From: an uncultured Eubacteriales bacterium
GTDB lineage: Bacteria; Bacillota; Clostridia; Oscillospirales; Acutalibacteraceae
DNA: 64,000 bases
Reading direction: 5' to 3'
Assembly: GCA_948941465.1 (NCBI GenBank)
Contig: CARATB010000002.1
Span: forward strand, 10,921-74,920
Position 1 is the stretch's first letter, and every line of letters begins with the position of its first letter. Of this stretch, positions 28,728-37,861 are shown in pieces. The translations under genes and the position numbers were made by a program. The notes beneath the pieces were generated by a model, which was given only the letters and a program-made list of their open reading frames with translations, was not told the DNA's origin and did no database searches.

Positions 28728-30550
28728 TATTTTTTCCTGCTTTCTGCTTTAAGTCTTAAGCCCTTGTCAAGGATAGTTTTTCTAAGACGGATTGATTTTG
28801 GTGTAACCTCCAAAAGCTCATCATCAGCTAAAAATTCCATACTCTGCTCCAGAGAAAGAGTCGTTGGCGGAACAAGCTTTAATGCCTCGTCACTGCCGCT
28901 GGCACGGGTATTTGTAACATGCTTCTTTTTGCAGACATTACATACAATATCCTCATCCTTAGCACATTCACCGCAAATCATACCCTCATAAACCTCAACA
29001 CCCGGTCCAAGGAACAGCTTGCCCCTGTCCTGCGTATTCCACAAGCCATAGCCGGTTGTTGTACCTGTTTCGTGAACGACGATTGAGCCACGATTTCTTG
29101 TGGCAATTTCGCCCTTATATTCCTCATATCCCACAAAGAGCTGATTCATAATACCGTTACCGTTCGTATCGGTTAAAAATTCACTGCGGTAGCCGATAAG
29201 ACCACGTGAAGGAATTTTAATTTCAAGGTGTGTCATACCTGTTGAACGGGTATCCATATTTTCAATTTCACCCTTGCGTGAGCACAGCTTTTCCATAACA
29301 GCACCGACATAATCCTCAGGCACCTCAATAATAGCAAGCTCTACAGGCTCAAGCATTCTGCCGTTCTCATCCTTTTTCATAATAACCTGAGGACGTGATA
29401 CCTGGAACTCATAATTCTCACGGCGCATCGTTTCAATAAGGATTGAAAGGTGAAGCTCTCCCCTGCCTGATACCTTGAAGGTATCCATTGAGTCGGTTTC
29501 CTCAACACGCATTGAAACATTGGTTTCAACCTCTTTGAACAGACGGTCACGCAGGTTACGTGATGTAACATACTTGCCCTCTCTGCCTGCAAACGGTGAA
29601 TCGTTAACAATAAAGTTCATTGAGATTGTAGGCTCGTCTATTTTTACAAAAGGAAGAGCCTCAACACAGTTAGGGTCACAGGCAGTTTCACCGATATTAA
29701 GGTCGGCAATACCTGCAACTGATACCAAATCACCGAACTTTGCAGTCTGGCAGTCAACACGCTTTAAGCCTTCAAACTGATAAATTTTTGTGAATTTAAC
29801 ATTTTCCTGACTGCCGTCCTGCCTGCAGAGAACATATGGTGTATTCACCTTAATTTCACCACGTTCCACTCTGCCGACACCGATTCTGCCAACATAGTCA
29901 TCGTATTCAAGGGAGCTGAACAAAATCTGTGCAGGACCCTCAGCATCACCCTCAGGTGACGGAATATGCTCCAAAATTGCATCAAGCAGCGGACGCATAT
30001 CGCCCTCACGCACATCAGGGTCAAGGCTTGAATATCCCTCTCTTGCAGAAGCATAAACCACAGGAAATTCAATCTGCTCATCATCAGCACCAAGCTCAAT
30101 AAACAGGTCCAGCACCTCATCAATAACCTCACTCGGTCTTGCCCCGTCACGGTCAATTTTGTTAACTACAACAAGAGGTGTTTTATGAAGTCCCAATGCC
30201 TTTTTCAGCACAAATCTTGTCTGCGGCATACAGCCCTCAAAAGCGTCAACAAGCAGAAGAACACCATCAACCATTGTTAAAATACGCTCAACCTCGCCGC
30301 CGAAATCAGCATGACCCGGCGTATCAACAATATTGATCTTTGTGTCTTTATAATGCACAGATGTATTCTTAGAAAGGATCGTAATTCCACGCTCCTTTTC
30401 AAGGTCGTTACTGTCCATTACTCTTTCAGCAACCTCTTCGTTATCACGGAAGATACCGCTCTGATGCAGCATTTCATCAACAAGTGTTGTTTTGCCGTGG
30501 TCAACATGGGCAATAATTGCAATATTTTTTATATCATTTCTCTTACTCAA
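28727..30550 (-). CDS. typA: translational GTPase TypA/BipA
   Basis: [20 protein letters not shown]1 motif, then DTPGHADF and NKIDR. Confidence 0.92.
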   Translation of the reverse strand: MSKRNDIKNIAIIAHVDHGKTTLVDEMLHQSGIFRDNEEVAERVMDSNDLEKERGITILSKNTSVHYKDTKINIVDTPGHADFGGEVERILTMVDGVLLLVDAFEGCMPQTRFVLKKALGLHKTPLVVVNKIDRDGARPSEVIDEVLDLFIELGADDEQIEFPVVYASAREGYSSLDPDVREGDMRPLLDAILEHIPSPEGDAEGPAQILFSSLEYDDYVGRIGVGRVERGEIKVNTPYVLCRQDGSQENVKFTKIYQFEGLKRVDCQTAKFGDLVSVAGIADLNIGETACDPNCVEALPFVKIDEPTISMNFIVNDSPFAGREGKYVTSRNLRDRLFKEVETNVSMRVEETDSMDTFKVSGRGELHLSILIETMRRENYEFQVSRPQVIMKKDENGRMLEPVELAIIEVPEDYVGAVMEKLCSRKGEIENMDTRSTGMTHLEIKIPSRGLIGYRSEFLTDTNGNGIMNQLFVGYEEYKGEIATRNRGSIVVHETGTTTGYGLWNTQDRGKLFLGPGVEVYEGMICGECAKDEDIVCNVCKKKHVTNTRASGSDEALKLVPPTTLSLEQSMEFLADDELLEVTPKSIRLRKTILDKGLRLKAESRKK

Positions 30551-30721
30551 AATTCATCACCTTCAATTAATTTAAACAGTTGCTTGTATTTTACCACTTA
30601 GCGGCACGCTTGGCAAGTATTAATAATTTATTTTATTATAAGAAAGCAATATACTTTACAAAACATAGTCCTTTTGATAAAATCAAGGTAAATCAATCAA
30701 AATTCAAGGAGAATAACCGAT

Positions 30722-32332
30722 ATGAAAAAAATATTTATTACTTCATCTTTGGAAAAGGTTTTTCCAAACAGCAAGAATATTTATGAGCTTACAGCCTTAT
30801 CCATGCTGAAAAATGAAAAGAAGGCATTTCAAATTGTTTTTGATGCCAGAAAAGGACAGGAAATATTCTTCACCGTTAAATCAGCACTTTCTGATTATCT
30901 GAAATTCTCCGAAGTTAAAATGATTAAAGGTGGATATGTTAAAGCCAAAAACGCCGATGATTACTACCTTGAGCCACAGGAGTATTATCCCGATTTACTG
31001 ATGCCCATCGACGGCACAGGCTTCACTGCACAGAATGACGGCTACAACGCTGTATGGGTACAGATTGCAGATGAGGCTCTTCCTGCAGGCGATCACGATA
31101 TATGCGTAGAGTATGGTGATGAAAAATGCAGTATCAGTATAACCATTATTGATGCATTTCTGCCAAAGCAGGAGCTGATATATACAAACTGGTTTCACAC
31201 GGACTGTCTTATGAGTATATACGGCTTTGAAGCCTTTAGCGACGAATACTGGAGAGTTACCGAAAACTACCTGCGCCGTGCTGCGGAATATGGAATGAAC
31301 TGCGTGCTGACTCCCCTTTTCACACCTCCCCTTGACACTAAGGTAGGCGGCGAAAGACCCACCGTTCAGCTTGTTGATGTTAAAGTTGAAGGCTTAAATA
31401 AATATTCGTTCTCCTTTAAAAAACTTGACAAATGGATTGAAATGTGTGAACGCTGCAATATTGAATACTATGAAATGAGCCATCTTTTCACCCAGTGGGG
31501 GGCACGCCATGCACCAAAAATCATAGCAGAGAAAAACGGAAAGCAAAAGCGTATTTTTGGCTGGAAAACAATGGCAAGCGGAATAAGATACAAGCTGTTC
31601 ATCAAACAGTTTGCTGACGCACTGACTGCATATATTGATAAAAAGAACATACGCAGCAAATGTCTGTTACATATCTCTGACGAGCCTGCAGGGTCAATGA
31701 AATTCACCTATGGCAAGGCATCAAAAATTGTTAATCGGAATTTTAAAAATTTTAAAATCGTTGATGCGCTTTCATCTTACACGCTTTACAAAAACGGACT
31801 TATTAAACTGCCTATACCTGCAACGGACCACATTAAGCCGTTTATCGGCAATGTGCCTGAGCTGTGGACATATTACTGCGGTGCTCAGGGAAGCAAATAT
31901 GTATCAAACCGTTTTTTTGCTATGCCGTCTGAGAGAAACAGGATTTTGGGACTGCAGCTATATAAATATAATGTTAAGGGCTTTTTGCACTGGGGCTATA
32001 ATTTTTATTACAGTCAATATTCAAAAGCTGTAATTGACCCCTTTGAAACGGCAGACGCAGGCGGAAAGTTCCCGTCCGGCGACAGCTATGTCGTTTACCC
32101 GGGTAAAAACGGTATGCCCCTTGACTCACTGCGATTACACGTTTTTTATGACGGAATACAGGATATGCTGGCATTGAAATTGCTTGAAAGCAAAATCGGT
32201 TACGATAAAACGCTTGAAATCATTGAAAAAGGGATTGATAACCCCATCACCTTTACCGAATATCCACACGATGCACGCTGGCTTGAAGATATTCGAGAGC
32301 AGGTTAATACTGCAATATCGGACAATATGTAA
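30722..32332 (+). CDS. DUF4091 domain-containing protein (glycoside-hydrolase-like)
   Basis: 536 aa. N-terminal pattern SSLEKVFP...LKNEKKAFQIVF and overall architecture as in the DUF4091 family. Confidence 0.55.
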   Translation: MKKIFITSSLEKVFPNSKNIYELTALSMLKNEKKAFQIVFDARKGQEIFFTVKSALSDYLKFSEVKMIKGGYVKAKNADDYYLEPQEYYPDLLMPIDGTGFTAQNDGYNAVWVQIADEALPAGDHDICVEYGDEKCSISITIIDAFLPKQELIYTNWFHTDCLMSIYGFEAFSDEYWRVTENYLRRAAEYGMNCVLTPLFTPPLDTKVGGERPTVQLVDVKVEGLNKYSFSFKKLDKWIEMCERCNIEYYEMSHLFTQWGARHAPKIIAEKNGKQKRIFGWKTMASGIRYKLFIKQFADALTAYIDKKNIRSKCLLHISDEPAGSMKFTYGKASKIVNRNFKNFKIVDALSSYTLYKNGLIKLPIPATDHIKPFIGNVPELWTYYCGAQGSKYVSNRFFAMPSERNRILGLQLYKYNVKGFLHWGYNFYYSQYSKAVIDPFETADAGGKFPSGDSYVVYPGKNGMPLDSLRLHVFYDGIQDMLALKLLESKIGYDKTLEIIEKGIDNPITFTEYPHDARWLEDIREQVNTAISDNM

Positions 32333-32379
32333 CAACAAAAAACGGCATTGATACTGAATTGTATCAATGCCGTTTCACA

Positions 32380-34068
32380 TTAATTATTCTTTTTATTAAA
32401 GCTGTCACGCAGGGCAACTGTTCTGTTAAATACAGGATGTTCATCTGTTGATGTTCTGTCCTTGCAGAAATAGCCGTTTCTCATAAACTGGTATTTTGCA
32501 CCAATCTCACAGTCTGAAAGAGCCTTTTCTGCATAGCCCTCCTTAACAACAAGTGAGTCGGGATTAAGGTTATCCTCAAAGGAGCTTACACCCTCCTCAT
32601 CACTTGGATTCGGAACATCAAATAGTCTTTCATAAAGATTGATTTTAACGGGAACATTTTCCTTTGCCGATACCCAATGAATTGTACCCTTAACCTTTCT
32701 GCCGTCAGGAGCGTCACCGCCGAGGGTTTCAGGGTCATAGGTACAATGAACACAGCATACCTCACCGTTTTCATCAAGGTCATAGCCTGTGCAGGTAACA
32801 AAATAAGCCTTATAAAGTCTTACCTCATTGCCCACAAAAAGACGTCTGTACTTCTTGATAGGCTCAATCATAAAGTCATTTTTCTCAATCCACAGCTCTT
32901 TTGAGAAAGGCATTACCCTTGAGCCGTATTCAGGATGATCAGGGTGATATTCACACGCAATATCCTCTGTTTTATCCTCAGGATAATTGTCAATAACAAG
33001 CTTAAGCGGATCAATAACAGCCATTGCTCTTGGCGAATTCGCACCGAGGTTATCACGAACGCAAGCCTCAAGCAGTGCAAAGTCGATAACGCTGTAAGCC
33101 TTTGAAACACCGATTCTTTCACAAAAATCACGGATTGCCTCAGCAGGATAACCACGTCTTCTCATACCGCTGATTGTTGCCATACGAGGATCATCCCAGC
33201 CGTCAACAATACCGTCCTGAACAAGCTTTAAGCACTTTCTTTTAGATGTAAGCGTATAGTTCAGATTCATTCTTGCAAACTCAATCTGTCTTGGTTTTTC
33301 CCAGTCGATAAGCTCATTTACAAACCAGTCATAGAGCGGTCTGTGATTTTCAAATTCAAGTGAGCAGAGTGAATGTGTTACTCTTTCATAGGCATCACTA
33401 AGAGGATGTGCAAAGTCATACATCGGATAAACGCACCACTTGTCACCTGTTCTGTGGTGATGTGCATACATAATACGATAAATAATCGGGTCACGCATAT
33501 TAAGGTTAGGTGATGCCATATCAATCTTTGCTCTGAGCACCATTTTACCCTCAGGGAATTCACCCTTTGTCATACGCTCAAACAGGTCAAGATTTTCCTC
33601 AATGGGTCTGTCCCTGTAAGGTGAATTCTTGCCTGCCTCGGTGAGTGTTCCTCTGTACGCTCTCATTTCCTCAGGGCTTAATTCACAAACGAAAGCCTTG
33701 CCTTTTTTAATCAGCTTGATTGCACATTCATAGATAAAATCAAAGTAGTCACTGGCATAATAAACATTGTCATAGTCGAAGCCGAGCCATTTAATATCCT
33801 CTTCAATAGCCTCAACATACTCTGTATCCTCTTTGGTCGGATTCGTATCATCAAGGCGGAGATTGCACACACCCTTATATTTGTCCTTTACACCGAAATT
33901 AATGCAGATAGCCTTGGCGTGACCAATATGGAGATAGCCGTTCGGCTCGGGAGGGAAACGGGTCTGAATACCCTGATACTTGCCCTCTGCAAGATCCTCG
34001 TCAATAAAATCATGTATAAAGTTTGAGGTGATTTCCTTTTCCTCTTCCTTCATTATTTCTTCAGCCAT
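32380..34068 (-). CDS. glnS: glutamine--tRNA ligase
   Basis: Contains NFI.DFIDEDL, RFPPEPNGYLHIGHAKA (HIGH motif) and LTSKRK (KMSKS-like motif). Confidence 0.9.
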   Translation of the reverse strand: MAEEIMKEEEKEITSNFIHDFIDEDLAEGKYQGIQTRFPPEPNGYLHIGHAKAICINFGVKDKYKGVCNLRLDDTNPTKEDTEYVEAIEEDIKWLGFDYDNVYYASDYFDFIYECAIKLIKKGKAFVCELSPEEMRAYRGTLTEAGKNSPYRDRPIEENLDLFERMTKGEFPEGKMVLRAKIDMASPNLNMRDPIIYRIMYAHHHRTGDKWCVYPMYDFAHPLSDAYERVTHSLCSLEFENHRPLYDWFVNELIDWEKPRQIEFARMNLNYTLTSKRKCLKLVQDGIVDGWDDPRMATISGMRRRGYPAEAIRDFCERIGVSKAYSVIDFALLEACVRDNLGANSPRAMAVIDPLKLVIDNYPEDKTEDIACEYHPDHPEYGSRVMPFSKELWIEKNDFMIEPIKKYRRLFVGNEVRLYKAYFVTCTGYDLDENGEVCCVHCTYDPETLGGDAPDGRKVKGTIHWVSAKENVPVKINLYERLFDVPNPSDEEGVSSFEDNLNPDSLVVKEGYAEKALSDCEIGAKYQFMRNGYFCKDRTSTDEHPVFNRTVALRDSFNKKNN

Positions 34069-35729
34069 TATTTCTCCTCCTTATAATAGTTAATTGCATT
34101 TTCAATTCGCTTTGCCACTGTGTCACTGCCAAGCAGTGCTGTGATTGAGCAAAGGTCAGGTGTATTGGTTCTGCCTGTTAATGCAACACGGATAATTGTT
34201 GAAACATCGCCGACGTGACCTTTGAATGCATCCGGATTCTGCTTGAATTCCTTAACATTCGGTGTACAGCCCACAGGCTCGCAAAGCGACTTGATTTTTT
34301 CAAACCATATGTCCTTGTCGTCATTAACATCAACAATATCCTTATAACGCTCTAAAACCTCAATTGCTAATTCAGGTGTTGCATTGCCTGCAAGCTCATA
34401 GTTTTCATTAAAGGTTTCATCATACATATAGCTGATATAGTCAGGGATGTCACTCCACTTAGCTATATCCTTTCTCGGCTTCTTGTTACCGCGGTCAATA
34501 TTAAGCACTGCCGCTGCATAAGCCTTGTCCTGCTCATAAAGTGAAGCAAGCTGCTGATTATATTCCTTAGCCCATTCATATGACTGCTCAAAAACATTCT
34601 CGGCTGTCATCATACTGATAACATTTTTAGAAACGTCTGTCAGCTTTGCAATATCAAACAGTGCACCTGAAACAGACATTTTTTTAGGATTAAACGGAAA
34701 TTTGTCCAGACCTGCATCCTTATTCGCTCTGCGCCAATCCTCAAAATTCGAGTTAGCAATGGTCATCACATATTCATTCACGCTGTCCTTAGGATAGCCC
34801 TCTTCTGCATAGAAGGTGACTGCTGCCTCAGGATCCTTACGCTTTGAAAGCTTTCGTTTACCGCCGTTTTCCTCCTTCATAATAGGAGCAACGTGTGCAT
34901 ATTTAACAGGCTTGAAGCCCAACAGCTTGAAAAGCTGTAAATGCAGCGGAACGGAAGCAATCCACTCATCACCGCGGAAAACATGGGTTGTCCTCATCAA
35001 ATGGTCATCAATTGCGTGTGCAAAATGATATGTAGGAATACCATCTGTTTTAAGCAGAACAACATCAATAACATTCTCAGGCATTTCGATTTTGCCCTTA
35101 ATCATATCATCAAAATAGCATTTTTTAGTGATATCACCGGGTGATTTTAAACGTAATGTCCAGGGCTTGCCTGCGTTAATATTTTTCTCTATCTCTTCAT
35201 AAGAAAGGTCACGGCACTTAGCGTATCTGCCGTAGTATCCCTTAATATCCTCTTTTTCCTGCTGCTGTCGGATTTCATCAATCTCCTCGGCAGAACAGAA
35301 GCAGGGATAAGCCAAGCCCTGCATAACAAGTGATTTTGCATAGCATTGGTATATATCTTTTCTATGACTCTGATAATAAGGGCCATAAGCACCGATTTCC
35401 TCATCGTCACCAACAACACCCTCATCGGCATTGACACCATATACAGAAAGGCTTTTAAGCATTGAGCCTATAGCACCCTCAACCTTGCGCTTCTGGTCGG
35501 TATCCTCAACACGCACATAAAATACACCGTCTGTATTTTTAGCGGTTGTATAAGCAACAATGCAGGTAAACAAATTGCCGAAATGCAAAAAGCCTGTAGG
35601 ACTTGGAGCAAAACGTGTTACCCTTGCACCTTCCTTTAAATCCCTTACAGGATATAAAGCCTCGTAATCATCAGGGGTTTTATCTATATTCGGAAATAAT
35701 AATTCCGCAAGCTTGTTATAATCAGTCAT
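34068..35729 (-). CDS. gltX: glutamate--tRNA ligase
   Basis: Contains RFAPSPTGFLHFGN (HIGH-like motif) and KLSKRK. The ATG at 35729 has a GGTGAG RBS, and the track start at 35741 has none. Confidence 0.85.
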   Translation of the reverse strand: MTDYNKLAELLFPNIDKTPDDYEALYPVRDLKEGARVTRFAPSPTGFLHFGNLFTCIVAYTTAKNTDGVFYVRVEDTDQKRKVEGAIGSMLKSLSVYGVNADEGVVGDDEEIGAYGPYYQSHRKDIYQCYAKSLVMQGLAYPCFCSAEEIDEIRQQQEKEDIKGYYGRYAKCRDLSYEEIEKNINAGKPWTLRLKSPGDITKKCYFDDMIKGKIEMPENVIDVVLLKTDGIPTYHFAHAIDDHLMRTTHVFRGDEWIASVPLHLQLFKLLGFKPVKYAHVAPIMKEENGGKRKLSKRKDPEAAVTFYAEEGYPKDSVNEYVMTIANSNFEDWRRANKDAGLDKFPFNPKKMSVSGALFDIAKLTDVSKNVISMMTAENVFEQSYEWAKEYNQQLASLYEQDKAYAAAVLNIDRGNKKPRKDIAKWSDIPDYISYMYDETFNENYELAGNATPELAIEVLERYKDIVDVNDDKDIWFEKIKSLCEPVGCTPNVKEFKQNPDAFKGHVGDVSTIIRVALTGRTNTPDLCSITALLGSDTVAKRIENAINYYKEEK

Positions 35730-35876
35730 ATTCTCACCCATATCTGTAAAATTTAGTTTATTATCTCATATAATATGTAATTAATCAACATTTATTTCTT
35801 GAAAATATTAAAACCATATGATAAATTATTTATTGAAAACGATATTTTCAATTAAAAACAGAAAGGATTTATATAT

Positions 35877-36053
35877 ATGAACTTACCAAACGACCCTTTT
35901 ATGCTGCTTAGTATAATTAATACAAAGCTGAGAGATTTTTACAAAAATCTTGATAATCTGTGCGAGGATACAAACATTAATAAGGAAGAGCTTTGTGAAA
36001 GGCTGAAGGCTGCAGGCTTTGAATATGACAAAGATTTAAATAAATTCTGTTAA
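35877..36053 (+). CDS. DUF4250 domain-containing small protein
   Basis: Own translation, 58 aa: MNLPNDPFMLLSIINTKLRDFYKNLDNLCEDTNINKEELCERLKAAGFEYDKDLNKFC. GAAAGGA RBS upstream. It is below the track size cut-off. Confidence 0.6.
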   Translation: MNLPNDPFMLLSIINTKLRDFYKNLDNLCEDTNINKEELCERLKAAGFEYDKDLNKFC

Positions 36054-36058
36054 AAGTA

Positions 36059-36086
36059 TTGACATTTTTTTCCATATGTGTATAAT
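36059..36086 (+). promoter_or_regulatory. sigma-A promoter of the perR-rbr operon
   Basis: TTGACA (36059-36064), a 16-nt spacer, then TATAAT (36081-36086). Confidence 0.6.
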
Positions 36087-36115
36087 CTAAATTGTAATCA
36101 TTACAATTTAGATTA
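36083..36115. promoter_or_regulatory. PerR/Fur-type operator (perfect 16-1-16 palindrome)
   Basis: TAATCTAAATTGTAAT-C-ATTACAATTTAGATTA has the core TTGTAAT-C-ATTACAA, matching a 7-1-7 Per/Fur box. It overlaps the -10 hexamer. Confidence 0.65.
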
Positions 36116-36131
36116 TGCGAGTGGTGATAAC

Positions 36132-36536
36132 TTGAATATAGATATAATCAAAGAAACATTCAGACAAAAGGGTCTGAAGGCAACGCCACAGCGAATAGCG
36201 GTATATGAATTTCTTGTTGAAAACAGAATTCACCCTGATGTTGAAACTGTTTACAGTCAGGTCATCAAAAGCAATCCTTCATTTTCAAAAACAACAGTTT
36301 ATAACTGCTTAAAGGATTTGTCCGGCTGCGGATTGCTTATCCCGGTTATGATTGACAACGAAAAAATAAGATATGATGCCGATATCTCTTTTCATGGTCA
36401 TTTCAAGTGTGAAAAATGCGGCAGCATATTTGATTTTAAATGTGTTGATACTATAACTGAGGGTATTGAAGGCTTTGAAATAAAGCAAAAAGATGTATAT
36501 TACAGCGGTCTATGCAATCACTGTAAAAATAAATAA
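36132..36536 (+). CDS. perR: Fur-family peroxide-responsive repressor (PerR-like)
   Basis: GLKATPQRIAVYEFL is the Fur-family winged HTH. HGHFKCEKCG...CNHC is the Zn site. The TTG at 36132 lies after the operator, and the track GTG at 36078 lies inside the promoter/operator. Confidence 0.7.
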   Translation: MNIDIIKETFRQKGLKATPQRIAVYEFLVENRIHPDVETVYSQVIKSNPSFSKTTVYNCLKDLSGCGLLIPVMIDNEKIRYDADISFHGHFKCEKCGSIFDFKCVDTITEGIEGFEIKQKDVYYSGLCNHCKNK

Positions 36537-36560
36537 TTAATTTTAAAGGAGTAATGTAAA

Positions 36561-37097
36561 ATGGCAAAGAAGTATTTTTGTCCCGTTTGCGGCTATGAAA
36601 GTGACGAGCCAATTGAAATCTGCCCTGTTTGCGGCGTAAAAATGCAGGAGAGAAAGGACGATGTAACTGCTTGGGCTGCTGAGCATCAGGTAGGTATTAT
36701 CGACGGCGTAAGCGAGGAAATCGTTCAGGGTCTTCGTGATAACTTCAACGGCGAGTGCAGTGAGGTTGGTATGTACCTTGCAATGGCAAGAGTAGCTTTC
36801 AGAGAGGGCTATCCTGAAATCGGTCTTTACTGGGAAAAGGCAGCTTATGAAGAGGCTGAGCATGCTGCAAAGTTTGCTGAAATGCTTGGCGAAGTTGTAA
36901 CAAACTCAACAAAGAAAAATCTTGAAATGCGTGCTGCAGCAGAAAACGGTGCTACACTCGGCAAAACAGAGCTTGCAAAGCTTGCAAAGGCTGCAGGTCT
37001 TGATGCTATCCACGACTCAGTGCATGAGATGGCAAGAGATGAGGCAAGACATGGTAAGGCATTTGAAGGTCTTCTCAAGAGATATTTTGCTGACTAA
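36561..37097 (+). CDS. rbr: reverse rubrerythrin (N-terminal rubredoxin-like domain plus C-terminal di-iron four-helix bundle)
   Basis: [16 protein letters not shown] at the N-terminus. [10 protein letters not shown]...EEAEHAAKF...DEARHGKAF are the ExxH di-iron motifs. Confidence 0.9.
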   Translation: MAKKYFCPVCGYESDEPIEICPVCGVKMQERKDDVTAWAAEHQVGIIDGVSEEIVQGLRDNFNGECSEVGMYLAMARVAFREGYPEIGLYWEKAAYEEAEHAAKFAEMLGEVVTNSTKKNLEMRAAAENGATLGKTELAKLAKAAGLDAIHDSVHEMARDEARHGKAFEGLLKRYFAD

Positions 37098-37692
37098 TTC
37101 AATAATGTTAATGGGTACGGTTGCTGAACCGTACCTTTTTTTGCCTCATCTCTTGCCAAGCCTATCCAAATTTTGAAATCGTAGATTGATAAAATTTGGG
37201 AGAAAAGGTCCGGGGGACCTTTTCGTAGAGGGTTGCACATCGGACCGAGGCAAGACACGGTAAGGTATATCCAAGTTGCTACAAAACAGTCCACAGGACT
37301 GTTTTTCCCAAATCATAGATTTGGAGCAACGGTCTCTTGCACTTCGTGCAATTCACTCTTCTCAAGAGATATTTTGCTGACTAATTCAATAATGTTAATG
37401 GGTACGGTTGCTGAACCGTACCTTTTTTTGCCTCATCTCTTGCCAAGCCTATCCAAATTTTGAAATCGTAGATTGATAAAATTTGGGAGAAAAGGTCCGG
37501 GGGACCTTTTCGTAGAGGGTTGCACATCGGACCGAGGCAAGACACGGTAAGGTATATCCAAGTTGCTACAAAACAGTCCACAGGACTGTTTTTCCCAAAT
37601 CATAGATTTGGAGCAACGGTCTCTTGCACTTCGTGCAATTCACTCTTCTCAAGAGATATTTTGCTGACTAATTCAATAATGTTAATGGGTAC
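37070..37692 (+). repeat. exact 287-bp tandem repeat, 2 full units plus a 49-bp partial third unit, beginning inside the rbr 3' end
   Basis: Units 37070-37356 and 37357-37643 read as identical. The third copy, 37644-37692, is identical for 49 bp. The ORF track shows identical ORFs offset by 287 bp. Confidence 0.95.
37113..37142 (+). terminator. intrinsic terminator, repeat-unit version (second copy at 37400-37429)
   Basis: GGTACGGT-TGCTGA-ACCGTACC followed by T7. Confidence 0.8.
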
Positions 37693-37715
37693 AGCTTTTA
37701 TGCTGTACCCTTTTT
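37687..37715 (+). terminator. intrinsic terminator, distal (presumably native) version after the third repeat copy
   Basis: GGGTACAGC-TTTTAT-GCTGTACCC followed by T5. Confidence 0.8.
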
Positions 37716-37776
37716 ATTTTACATAGACCAATACTTTAACGAATTATGAATTTTTAGTAATATTTAGAAAAAACTA

Positions 37777-37809
37777 TTGACAAAACTGAAAAATGGATAT
37801 ACTATAAAT
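37777..37809 (+). promoter_or_regulatory. sigma-A promoter of the hrcA-grpE-dnaK(-dnaJ) operon
   Basis: TTGACA at 37777-37782, with TACTAT / TATAAA about 17 nt downstream, immediately before CIRCE. Confidence 0.6.
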
Positions 37810-37815
37810 ACAGAG

Positions 37816-37842
37816 TTAGCACTCGGATAGTGAGAGTGCTAA
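37816..37842. promoter_or_regulatory. CIRCE operator (HrcA binding site)
   Basis: TTAGCACTC-GGATAGTGA-GAGTGCTAA is an exact match to the CIRCE consensus TTAGCACTC-N9-GAGTGCTAA. Confidence 0.95.
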
Positions 37843-37861
37843 CAGATAAATTTCAAAAGAG

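Noticed and set aside
30580-30786. 68-aa ORF in the typA/DUF4091 intergenic region
   Set aside because: It overlaps the start of the DUF4091 gene and the promoter region, has no RBS, and has AT-rich low-complexity coding.
35742-35876. T-box or other riboswitch upstream of gltX/glnS
   Set aside because: The region is only 135 nt long and AT-rich. It contains no GGTGGTACC-type T-box sequence and no terminator hairpin.
37030-37268. Diversity-generating retroelement (template/variable repeat) involving the rbr 3' end
   Set aside because: The matches are only 18-22 nt. The two mismatches are T/C transitions rather than adenine-specific. One copy is inverted, and no reverse transcriptase is nearby.
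37070-37692. Could the 49-bp repeats spaced by 238 bp be a CRISPR array?
   Set aside because: The two 'spacers' are identical to each other and far longer than CRISPR spacers. The repeat overlaps a coding 3' end, and there are no cas genes in the window.
37094-37726. Track ORFs inside the repeat (66 aa on the minus strand at 37094 and 37381; 76/68 aa on the plus strand at 37233 and 37520)
   Set aside because: They have non-ATG starts and no RBS. They run straight through the terminator and hairpin stems, and their composition looks like translated structured RNA. Their duplication is just a consequence of the DNA repeat.
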